Shown here: positions 41,379 to 49,200 of the stretch, piece by piece | Position numbering within the stretch: position 1 is the stretch's first letter | Layout: every line of letters begins with the position of its first letter | Assembly: GCA_013112715.1 (NCBI GenBank) | Contig: JABFGB010000024.1 | Coordinates: 16,896 to 80,895 of the forward strand | Length of the DNA stretch: 64,000 bases | Source of the DNA: Chloroflexota bacterium | Lineage (GTDB): Bacteria; Chloroflexota; Anaerolineae; Aggregatilineales; J027 | Direction of reading: 5' to 3' | Position numbers and translations under genes: made by a program | The notes under the pieces: model-generated | What the model was told of the DNA's origin: nothing | Databases searched by the model: none | Seen by the model: only the letters and a program-made list of their open reading frames with translations

Positions 41379-43646
41379 ATGATGGATACTAAAGGAACAG
41401 AATCCCTTATGTGCGCAAAACGAATCGCCATCTTGACAAGTGGGGGCGATGCCCCCGGCATGAATGCGGCGATCCGATCCATTGTACGCATCGCACTCAA
41501 CCGAGGTATTGAGGTCTACGCGATCTACGAAGGCTATCAAGGCTTGATTGACGGCGGTGACCGATTTCGGAAACTAACATGGGACTCTGTTGGTGGTATC
41601 CTCCATCGCGGGGGTACCGTCATTGGGACGGCACGGTGTGATGAATTCCGCACGCGAGAAGGGCGTCGCAAAGCAGTACACAATTTAGTAGAACGCGGCG
41701 TAGACAATCTTGTGGTGATCGGCGGTGACGGCAGCTTGACGGGGGCTAATGTTCTGCGGCAGGAATGGCAAAGCCTACTGACCGAGTTAGCCGAAATGAA
41801 TCAAATAACGCCTGAAATTGCCAAGCAGTATGCAAATCTCTTTATCGTGGGGCTGGTTGGTTCCATTGACAACGATATGCACGGTACCGACATGACCATT
41901 GGCGCCGATACTGCCCTACATCGCATCACTGAGGCGATAGATGCTATCAGCAGCACCGCCGCTAGTCATCAGCGTACTTTTGTCGTGGAAGTAATGGGGC
42001 GTAACTGTGGCTACCTTGCGTTGATGGGATGCCTCGCTACGGGTGCTGATTGGGTGCTTATCCCGGAGAATCCGCCTGAAGTTGACAATTGGGAAAAGAA
42101 GATGTGTGACGATCTGAAGGCAGGTCGTCAAGCAGGCAGACGTGATAGTATCGTGATTATCGCCGAAGGTGCGCGTGATCGAAATGGCAAGCCAATCACT
42201 AGCACGCATGTCATGGAAGTATTAAAAAAGGAATTCGATGAAGAGGTGCGTGTCACCGTCTTGGGGCATGTTCAGCGTGGTGGAACGCCAAGCGCTTTTG
42301 ACCGCAATTTGGGTACCTTGATGGGGGCTGCTGCGGTTGATGCTGTTATGAGTGGTAGCCCGAATGACGAACCCCAATTGATTAGCTTGCGTGGAAATCG
42401 TATTGTGCGTGAGCCACTGATGAAGTGTGTGGAGCAAAGCAAAGCTGTCGGACAAGCGATTGCCGACAAAAATTATGAGCGTGCTTTGGAGTTACGTGGG
42501 AACAGCTTTCGAGAGACATTGCGTACACTAAAAACCCTATTACGCTCGTTGCCCCATGAGCCAATCGCAGGGCAAAAACGACTGCGACTGGCGGTATTAA
42601 ACTCCGGTGCGCCAGCACCCGGTATGAATGCAGCGATTCGCGCAGCCATACGGATCGGGTTGGATAAAGGCCACATAATGCTAGGGGTCAACAATGGCTT
42701 TCAGGGTCTCATTGATGGCGAGATCGAGCCAATGGATTGGATGAGTGTCAATGGGTGGGCGTCTGCAGGGGGTTCTGAACTCGGTGCGAACCGCGAGGTG
42801 CCCAGTGAGAGTACCTTTTATCCTGTGGCACGTAATCTTGAAAGGTATGAAATAGAAGGTTTATTAGTAATTGGCGGTTGGACTGCCTATCAAGGGGCTT
42901 ATCGTCTCTACAAACAGCGCGAAAACTTCCCCGCATTCAATATCCCTATTATTTGCCTACCCGCCTCAATTAACAACAATTTGCCGGGTTCTGAACTCAG
43001 TATTGGCGCGGATACTGCTTTGAACAATATTATGTGGGCGGTGGATCGAGTTAAACAATCGGCGATAGCACAGCGTCGTTGTTTCGTTGTGGAAGTGATG
43101 GGGCGGTATTGTGGCTACCTTGCTCTGATGAGTGGACTTGCCACAGGTGCCGAGCGTGTTTACCTGCACGAGGAAGGAATCACACTTCGGGATTTGCAGA
43201 ATGATCTCGATCATCTGATGACAGGTTTCGAATTGGGAAAACGGCTCGGACTGATGATTCGCAACGAAAAGGCAAACCCGATTTATACTGCCGATTTTGT
43301 GGCAGCACTGTTTGAAGAAGAAGGTGGCTCACTCTTCGATGTCCGCCAAACCATTCTTGGGCACGTCCAACAAGGGGGCGATCCCTCCCCATTTGATCGC
43401 ATCCAAGCGACCCGTCTGGCGGCTCGTTGTGTGGAGTTTCTGATTGAGAACGCCAATTCCGCAACGCCAGCAGGTGCTTTCATTGGGTTGGAATCCGGTG
43501 GCATTCGTATTCACAACATTGAAGAAATGCCTCAACTAATGGATGAGACCTACCAACGACCCAAGAAACAATGGTGGTTGGATTTGCTGCCCATCTCGCG
43601 GATGTTGGCACAACCAGCCCCTGAATCCGAAATGACTTCAGTTTGA
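41379..43646 (+). CDS. ATP-dependent 6-phosphofructokinase, eukaryotic-type duplicated/fused form (755 aa)
   Basis: Two tandem PfkA-like halves. The N-half carries IGGDGSLTGA, RQEWQSLLTEL, VGLVGSIDNDMHGTDMTIGADTAL, HQRTFVVEVMGRNCGYLAL, and VLGHVQRGGTPSAFDR. The C-half carries NSGAPAPGMNAA, PASINNNLPGSELSIGADTAL, ILGHVQQGGDPSPFDR. Block-for-block similarity to animal PFK-1 as I recall it. Confidence 0.88.
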   Translation: MMDTKGTESLMCAKRIAILTSGGDAPGMNAAIRSIVRIALNRGIEVYAIYEGYQGLIDGGDRFRKLTWDSVGGILHRGGTVIGTARCDEFRTREGRRKAVHNLVERGVDNLVVIGGDGSLTGANVLRQEWQSLLTELAEMNQITPEIAKQYANLFIVGLVGSIDNDMHGTDMTIGADTALHRITEAIDAISSTAASHQRTFVVEVMGRNCGYLALMGCLATGADWVLIPENPPEVDNWEKKMCDDLKAGRQAGRRDSIVIIAEGARDRNGKPITSTHVMEVLKKEFDEEVRVTVLGHVQRGGTPSAFDRNLGTLMGAAAVDAVMSGSPNDEPQLISLRGNRIVREPLMKCVEQSKAVGQAIADKNYERALELRGNSFRETLRTLKTLLRSLPHEPIAGQKRLRLAVLNSGAPAPGMNAAIRAAIRIGLDKGHIMLGVNNGFQGLIDGEIEPMDWMSVNGWASAGGSELGANREVPSESTFYPVARNLERYEIEGLLVIGGWTAYQGAYRLYKQRENFPAFNIPIICLPASINNNLPGSELSIGADTALNNIMWAVDRVKQSAIAQRRCFVVEVMGRYCGYLALMSGLATGAERVYLHEEGITLRDLQNDLDHLMTGFELGKRLGLMIRNEKANPIYTADFVAALFEEEGGSLFDVRQTILGHVQQGGDPSPFDRIQATRLAARCVEFLIENANSATPAGAFIGLESGGIRIHNIEEMPQLMDETYQRPKKQWWLDLLPISRMLAQPAPESEMTSV

Positions 43647-43701
43647 ATTTGCCTGCTTGGTAATTGGCGATGAACTAAAAATGTTTGGAGGTTAAATAAT
43701 C

Positions 43702-44715
43702 ATGATGAGTTTGGAGACCACCTATCTCAATATACGGTTGCGTTCTCCACTGGTTGTTTCAGCCTCTCCACTGTCCCTAAGCATTGAGAATATTAAACGT
43801 ATGGATGCTGCTGGGGCAGGCGCGGTTGTCTTATTCTCTCTCTTTGAAGAACAAGTACGGAACGAACAGCGCCGCCATGAGTATTTGGAAGCGCATCCAA
43901 AAGCGACCGAAGCCAATGCCGCCGCGCCATATCCCGAACAACAATTTTATCATCTGACGGTTGATGAGTACCTCGCTCACATTCGAAAAGCGAAAGAGGT
44001 TGTGGGCATTCCTATCATCGCAAGCCTAAATGCTCAGTCCTTGGGGGGGTGGAGTGAATGCGCACAACAAATCGAAGCGGCAGGGGCAGACGCACTCGAA
44101 CTGAATATCTACGATTGGCCCACCGATATGGACAGAACAGCTGACCAAATTGAAAGTAATTATCTTCAAATTCTCAAAGTGGCTAGAGAATCAGTCAAGA
44201 TACCTCTCACCGTAAAACTTACCCCATTTTTCACCAATGTGGGCAATATGGCGACACGGCTAGATCAGTCTGGGGCAAATGCCCTTGTGCTGTTCAATCG
44301 CTTCTATCAAGCCGATTTTGAGCCTCAGACGCTGAGACCGCGTTTAGAAGCGTCGTTTGGCAGTGCCCAAGATTTGCGACTTGCACTTCACGGGATCGCC
44401 ATGCTCTATGGCAGGGTTCGGGCAGATCTTGCCGCAACTGGGGGCATCTATGGCGCTGAAGATGTCATAAAGTTGTTGATGGTTGGCGCGAAAGTGACAC
44501 TATTAGCCTCCGCGTTGCTCAAAAATGGGATTGATTATCTCCTCCAGTTGAACAAGGACTTGCGCCAGTGGCTTGATGAGAATGACTACACTTCCGTCGC
44601 GGAGGTGCAGGGACTCGTCAGTCAATCCTATCACAGCAATCCGGCAGTATCGGAGCGGGCACAATACGTTCAAATCCTTACCTCATATAGAACGCCGTGG
44701 GAAGCAGATGTATAA
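43702..44715 (+). CDS. Dihydroorotate dehydrogenase-like (class 1 DHOD/DHPD family) TIM-barrel protein
   Basis: LRSPLVVSASPLS..., IPIIASLN, ADALELNIY, PLTVKLTP, LVLFNRFYQ, GGIYGAEDVIKLLMVGA. Substrate not assignable from sequence. Confidence 0.7.
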   Translation: MMSLETTYLNIRLRSPLVVSASPLSLSIENIKRMDAAGAGAVVLFSLFEEQVRNEQRRHEYLEAHPKATEANAAAPYPEQQFYHLTVDEYLAHIRKAKEVVGIPIIASLNAQSLGGWSECAQQIEAAGADALELNIYDWPTDMDRTADQIESNYLQILKVARESVKIPLTVKLTPFFTNVGNMATRLDQSGANALVLFNRFYQADFEPQTLRPRLEASFGSAQDLRLALHGIAMLYGRVRADLAATGGIYGAEDVIKLLMVGAKVTLLASALLKNGIDYLLQLNKDLRQWLDENDYTSVAEVQGLVSQSYHSNPAVSERAQYVQILTSYRTPWEADV

Positions 44716-44986
44716 GACTACCAATCGTCATCGTAGCGATATTGCTCTGGTGGGTCGCCATGTGTTTCGATTACTTCAGCGACTTGAACGGCACGATTAG
44801 AATCAACCGCCTCAAGCACCACGTCAAATTCCTAGTTATCGCCAAAGTCGAATAAGAGACCAAATGGAAAGAGCTTTCACAAACAGCCCTGCCCGACATA
44901 AAACCGCCTATTGAAGCCCCTCCTCGCTTGCAGGGAGGGGTGGGGTCAAAGTCACCCTTTCCGCACGGTCTCTGAAAGCCCTCGGC

Positions 44987-45397
44987 GTGGTTGTCATTGG
45001 GTACAGCATCTATGGCCTGTCCAATTTCCATTTACCCGAAATCGAACATCCGCGTTGGGGTTATGGTTTTGGATTTTTATCCGTCCTGCTCAGTGGGGTC
45101 TATAATTTGGCTGGCCCACCTGTCGTAATTTATGGCAATTGCCGCCGCTGGGAACCCCGCGAATTTAAAAGTAATTTGCAGGGCTTTTTTATGCTTAACA
45201 GCCTCACCGTTATTGCGACCCATGCCCTTAGCGATAATTACACCCGCACCGTTTTTAACCACTATCTGCTGGCCGTCCCCGCTATTTTAATGGGCATTGT
45301 CGTCGGCATCGCTTTGGCTAAACATATCAACCCCAACACCTTTCGCAAAATCATCTTGGTACTTTTGATCATCGTGGGCCTGACCCTAATGTTTTGA
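44987..45397 (+). pseudogene. C-terminal fragment of a TauE/SafE-family sulfite-exporter-type membrane protein (N-terminal half missing)
   Basis: The 136-aa ORF has three or four TM segments typical of the C-terminal half of TauE proteins (GFGFLSVLLSGVYNLAGPPVVIY...LLAVPAILMGIVVGIAL). An in-frame stop lies at 44912..44914. Only about 270 nt separate it from the preceding gene, which is too short for the missing half. Confidence 0.5.
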
Positions 45398-45490
45398 ATT
45401 GCTCGAAGTTGTAAAATATTGATGGAGATTCTGTAAATTGCCCATTCTTGTGCTACTCTGGAAATAGATTTTCTGTTGCGGGGAAGAAGT

Positions 45491-45934
45491 ATGGCATATA
45501 TTGAGCAAAACTGGTTAGACGATGGACGGATTGTCATCTATCGCCTGTCCAGTGTCATGGAAAAAACATGGGATGAATGGGGTCGGATGGTCATGGAAAA
45601 CCTCGAAAAGTGGCCCGACGACCAGCCCTATCTCGCCGTGCATGAACTGAATGCCAAAGGCGTCGGCCTGACCTATGCCCACAGCAACCATTATGACGTG
45701 TTTAAAGTTGCCATTACCCCGCGTAACCAGCAAGAATTTGAGGAAATGCTAGTTTCCCGCCCCAATCTCTATGTCCGCCTTGCCATCATCGTCTCGCGTG
45801 AACTATCGGGGCAGGTGATTTTTAAGAAGGCCATCCAACTCCAAAATGAAGACCCCAACGCCCGCGTCATTGGCAAAGTTTTTTATGACGAAGACGCTGG
45901 GATTAACTGGTTGCGAGGTTTTTTAGCTGACTAA
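45491..45934 (+). CDS. Hypothetical protein (147 aa)
   Basis: ORF with ATG at 45491. No recognisable motif. The stop overlaps the convergent gene's stop by 4 nt. Confidence 0.5.
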   Translation: MAYIEQNWLDDGRIVIYRLSSVMEKTWDEWGRMVMENLEKWPDDQPYLAVHELNAKGVGLTYAHSNHYDVFKVAITPRNQQEFEEMLVSRPNLYVRLAIIVSRELSGQVIFKKAIQLQNEDPNARVIGKVFYDEDAGINWLRGFLAD

Positions 45935-46722
45935 TTTTCGATTTCACCCGCTGAATAATCCGGCGGCGCTAACAACGGCCTGCCCGACACTAAATCTATT
46001 TTCAATCGTTCGGCACGCGGTTTAACGATCTGCAAAATTTCCTGTGCTGCCTGATACGTCAATTTAGCCTGTTGTTCATCACTCAATTGACTACCAAATG
46101 CCAGCATGTCATGTTTGGCGAACGCTTCATACGCTGTGATCCCCGTCAATGCCAAATCCCCGATGTGGTCTCGCAAATATTTCGCCTGCGATTCATTTAG
46201 CCCTAGATATTTGATAATTTCCGACGCGACCATATTGAATAAGCCCTTGTACCCAGCGTTCGTAGCCCGTGCAAAATTGGGATGGCGGTTTTCATGCGTC
46301 TCGATGAGTGTCTCCGTATAGGATAGGCGGATACGTTTGGATTTTTGGCGAAGGGCTTCGCGTTCGCGTTGAGCTTCGGCCTGTGCCTCGATTTTTTCAT
46401 GCGTTGCCGTCACCATATATTCGCGGATGCCTTCCCAATTTTTGAAGCTGACAATCATGGCAATCCGCAGAAACGTATCGAAGTTGGCGACGGGGGTGGG
46501 GCGCTGCCCTTGACCTGGAAACTGATGTTGCGACATTTTGGTCGCCACATCGAAACCCTGCTCCTCAAGCCGAGATTTGGCACGCTCCCATTCTTTTTGA
46601 GGATACCTGCTACCCGACCCATAATGCTTAAAAACGTCAATAACAGAGAAGTGCATTTCTCCATTAATGATAACCTTGCGAATCGTGCCATCAAATTCTT
46701 GGAACTGTTCAAGACTAGACAT
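45931..46722 (-). CDS. Bro-N-like / antirepressor-type (DinD-like) phage-associated protein
   Basis: The N-terminus EQFQEFDGTIRKVIINGEMHFSVIDVFKHYG resembles the Bro-N layout (F-x-F...vR...G-x-x-wF-x-x-x-Dv). The helical C-terminal half is of the kind seen in DinD/antirepressor proteins. The assignment is from memory only. Confidence 0.4.
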   Translation of the reverse strand: MSSLEQFQEFDGTIRKVIINGEMHFSVIDVFKHYGSGSRYPQKEWERAKSRLEEQGFDVATKMSQHQFPGQGQRPTPVANFDTFLRIAMIVSFKNWEGIREYMVTATHEKIEAQAEAQREREALRQKSKRIRLSYTETLIETHENRHPNFARATNAGYKGLFNMVASEIIKYLGLNESQAKYLRDHIGDLALTGITAYEAFAKHDMLAFGSQLSDEQQAKLTYQAAQEILQIVKPRAERLKIDLVSGRPLLAPPDYSAGEIEN

Positions 46723-46905
46723 AATGTATTATCCTTTCTAATAGTGATAGATAGTGAAGTAGCTACTTTCACACACTTGGCTCTGACTTCCTACAAAAGT
46801 TAGGGCCTCTTTTTCTCAAGATGCTAAAATGATACGAACATCGGTGCGGTTTGTCAACAAAATTGTACTCGGTAATTATTGCCTTTTTTGTTTTTCTATA
46901 TTAAG

Positions 46906-46924
46906 ATGTGACTTATAGTCTACA
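46906..46924 (+). promoter_or_regulatory. Single C-box-like operator (ATGT-GACTTATAGTC-TACA) upstream of the methyltransferase gene
   Basis: GACTTATAGTC at 46910..46920 is identical to the proximal box upstream of the C gene. It sits 25 nt before the ATG at 46945 and immediately after a TATATT -10-like hexamer (46897..46902). Confidence 0.6.
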
Positions 46925-46944
46925 GCGAAAAGGGATTCAGGTCA

Positions 46945-47643
46945 ATGATGGATGGAATTATTAAGCAAAAGCGAATACAAGGCGGTGAAGCTACAACAGA
47001 CCTTATCCTTTCGGCCTATCAAGCCAATAATGCCGATGTCTTTCCAAAAATTCTTTCGCTACATGTGCCAATTGGTTCTACGGTGGCAGACGTTACATAT
47101 GGAAAAGGCGTATTTTGGCGCAATGTCTCGGAAGAGCACTATAAAGTTCTTCCCACCGACATTCAAACAGGTATAGACTGTCGGAATCTGCCGTATGAGG
47201 ATGGTTCGATAGATTGTGTGGTACTTGATCCTCCCTATATGGAGGGCTTATTGAGAGAAAAAGTAGAACATCGGGGTGCGCTTGGTAGTCATGTTGCCTT
47301 TCGGCAGGCTTATCAAGCTAAAAGTCACAATGGGCATCCAGAATCTGCCCAACCCAAGTGGCACGCTGCGGTACTGGATTTGTACGTTCAAGCAGGCAGA
47401 GAGGCTTACCGTATTTTGAGAAAAGACGGTGTTTTAATCGTGAAATGTCAAGATGAGGTGAGTGCAAATAAGCAGTGGTTAACTCATGTTGAAATCATCA
47501 ATGAATATGCCTATATGGGATTCTACACAAAAGATCTTTTTGTTGTTATGCGAACAAACAAGCCTGGTGTAAGTAGAATAAAACGACAAAAACATGCTCG
47601 GAAGAATCATTCCTATTTTTTAGTATTTGTAAAAATTAGATAG
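46945..47643 (+). CDS. Type II DNA methyltransferase (amino-methyltransferase, DPPY motif)
   Basis: Catalytic motif [12 protein letters not shown]. It is preceded by a motif-I-like [11 protein letters not shown]. Convergent with a PD-(D/E)xK nuclease gene and a C-protein gene. Visibly AT-rich. Confidence 0.8.
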   Translation: MMDGIIKQKRIQGGEATTDLILSAYQANNADVFPKILSLHVPIGSTVADVTYGKGVFWRNVSEEHYKVLPTDIQTGIDCRNLPYEDGSIDCVVLDPPYMEGLLREKVEHRGALGSHVAFRQAYQAKSHNGHPESAQPKWHAAVLDLYVQAGREAYRILRKDGVLIVKCQDEVSANKQWLTHVEIINEYAYMGFYTKDLFVVMRTNKPGVSRIKRQKHARKNHSYFLVFVKIR

Positions 47644-47645
47644 AG

Positions 47646-48254
47646 CTATTTTTTTTCCGCAATTAACCGATCAAACAAATCGAAAGGATTTAATTCATAG
47701 GGTGCTTCAATGGGCCAAGTGATCTTAATTGAAGTAGCCAAAAGTTCCCCTCTTTGAAATAGGGTGTATTTTTTGCTATTGGATCGAGGCAAATCTCGAT
47801 TCAATATAAAGGCAAAGTCCCATTCTTGCCTGAATTGAAATAAGTTGATAGCAAGCAAATCAAAATCACCCGCAAGTAAACATGTTGTTCCCAGTTTAGA
47901 GCCATCTGATAGTGTGACAGTACGTCTATCGCTGGCATCCACCTGAGCTAATCCGGTTAGTGTCTCATCTGAAGGGTGTTTTTTGATGGAGTTTGTTTGA
48001 AGGGATTTTACTTCTACAGAAAAAGAATACCCCTTGTAAGTTACAATGAGGTCGTTTTTGCTACCTTTACGCCTATCGTGGTCGTCAGGTTTTTCGAGGC
48101 TGGTAACGGTAGGATTTGCCATGAGCAGCGCACGTAACTTATATTCTCCAACGTACCCAAGCATGAAACCTCTTAAACTAGGATTTTCCTCGATGATTAT
48201 GGTCAGCTCCTGTTCTGTAAGTTTCCATCGCTCAAGAATTGAAGACTTAGTCAT
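47646..48254 (-). CDS. Putative type II restriction endonuclease (PD-(D/E)xK)
   Basis: KNDLIVTYKGYSFSVEVKS gives a D-x12-E-x-K core. Its start overlaps the C gene stop by 8 nt (a C-R operon). Its stop is 2 nt from the methyltransferase stop. Confidence 0.7.
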   Translation of the reverse strand: MTKSSILERWKLTEQELTIIIEENPSLRGFMLGYVGEYKLRALLMANPTVTSLEKPDDHDRRKGSKNDLIVTYKGYSFSVEVKSLQTNSIKKHPSDETLTGLAQVDASDRRTVTLSDGSKLGTTCLLAGDFDLLAINLFQFRQEWDFAFILNRDLPRSNSKKYTLFQRGELLATSIKITWPIEAPYELNPFDLFDRLIAEKK

Positions 48255-48480
48255 CCGATGATACCCCTTCTAGCAAGTATGAAATCGAAATGTGTAGGGA
48301 TTGCGCGATAGCAGCAATATTTTTTAGGCTGACGTTTCTTTTGCCACGTTCTATGCTACTGATATAAGTCCTATCGAGACTACACAAAGCAGCCAAGTCC
48401 TCTTGGGAGAGGCCCTGAGAAAGACGCAATTCACGGACACGCTTGCCAAATTGGAGTAGAACGCTTGATGTTTTTTGCAT
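48247..48480 (-). CDS. Restriction-modification controller (C) protein, XRE-family HTH
   Basis: FGKRVRELRLSQGLSQEDLAALCSLDRTYISSIERGKRNVSLKNIAAIAQSL. The DRTYIS-IERG-RN-S signature is characteristic of C proteins (C.PvuII, C.AhdI, C.Esp1396I family). Confidence 0.85.
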   Translation of the reverse strand: MQKTSSVLLQFGKRVRELRLSQGLSQEDLAALCSLDRTYISSIERGKRNVSLKNIAAIAQSLHISISYLLEGVSSDD

Positions 48481-48498
48481 GAGGGTGATAATAAAAAG

Positions 48499-48534
48499 AT
48501 GTAAACTATAAGTCTACGGACTATAAGTCAACAT
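48499..48534 (-). promoter_or_regulatory. Tandem C-boxes overlapping the C/R promoter
   Basis: The minus strand reads ATGT-TGACTTATAGTC-CGTA-GACTTATAGTT-TACAT, fitting the GACT-N3-AGTC-N4-GACT-N3-AGTC C-box pattern. TTGACT (48531..48526) and TAGTTT (48508..48503) form a -35/-10 pair with a 17-nt spacer. The C gene ATG is at 48480. Confidence 0.75.
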
Positions 48535-48614
48535 TTGTGGATGATTAATATGGATTTATCCCCGCGTGCAATTGGCAACCGGATACCGCATCCCCCTCAA
48601 TAGAAAATCAATCT

Positions 48615-48630
48615 TAGAACAATTGTTCTA
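48615..48630. promoter_or_regulatory. Perfect 16-bp palindrome TAGAACAATTGTTCTA (GAAC-N4-GTTC, LexA/Cheo-box-like) overlapping a TATAAT hexamer
   Basis: The palindrome was read directly. TATAAT lies at 48629..48634 on the plus strand. No annotated gene lies immediately downstream. Confidence 0.45.
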
Positions 48631-48839
48631 TAATCCCCACCCATATATCCGTAACGGCAGTTACGCTTTTATGTTTTTCCACCATATGCCCTCTTACATC
48701 CCTTTGCTTTTACGTCCATTTGGTGCGATTCCACAAGAATTAAGATTTTGACTCCTGTTTGCTATCTTTCTCGAATCCGTTTTGCCCTACTTTCGCCAAC
48801 CTGCCCTCCTTCATCCGGCGGATATTCCGCCCACCCCTC

Positions 48840-48868
48840 TTGACTTCCAAAACACTCTGCGCTACCTT
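48840..48868 (+). promoter_or_regulatory. Candidate sigma-70-type promoter of the trp T-box leader
   Basis: TTGACT (48840..48845), a 17-nt spacer, then TACCTT (48863..48868). Confidence 0.5.
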
Positions 48869-48874
48869 ATTGCC

Positions 48875-49200
48875 TATCAACTGAATAGCAATTTTCCAAA
48901 GACGTTGAACCGGAAGAGTATGTCCGAACGCGATGTGCAGAGAGCCGCCAGTTGGGTGTGAAGGCGGTACAGAGGCGCGGATTGAATGGGCCGGGGAGTT
49001 GTGTGGGCGAAAATATCATCAGTAGCCCCCATCGGAGCAGCCACCGTTATCAAGGCGAAGGGTCTCGGCAGTACCAGAGCATTACCAAAAACGCTGCCCG
49101 CACCTGAATTTAAGTGAGACACAGCGTTCTGGCGTTGGTCTAAGCCGGGTGGCACCACGGGAGCCTTCTCTCGCCCTGACGATTGAGGAGGCTCTTTTTG
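48875..49200 (+). promoter_or_regulatory. T-box riboswitch leader, tryptophan-specific (UGG specifier)
   Basis: Stem I elements: AGAGUA (48915..48920), the AGAGAG bulge (48939..48944), and the distal loop GUUGGGUGUGAA. GAA-UGG-G places UGG at 48987..48989 in the specifier position. The T-box sequence is GGGUGGCACCACGGGAG (49147..49163). The terminator pairs GAGCCUUCUC (49161..49170) with GAGGAGGCUC (49185..49194), followed by UUUUU. Confidence 0.85.

Noticed and set aside
44716-44870. Short minus-strand frame (..FDFGDN*EFDVVLEAVDSNRAVQVAEVIETHGDPPEQYRYDDDW) that might be a small antitoxin-like gene.
   Set aside because: It is interrupted by an in-frame TAG. It has no convincing start or SD and no motif I recognise. 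I mention it only as a possible gene remnant within the islet finding.
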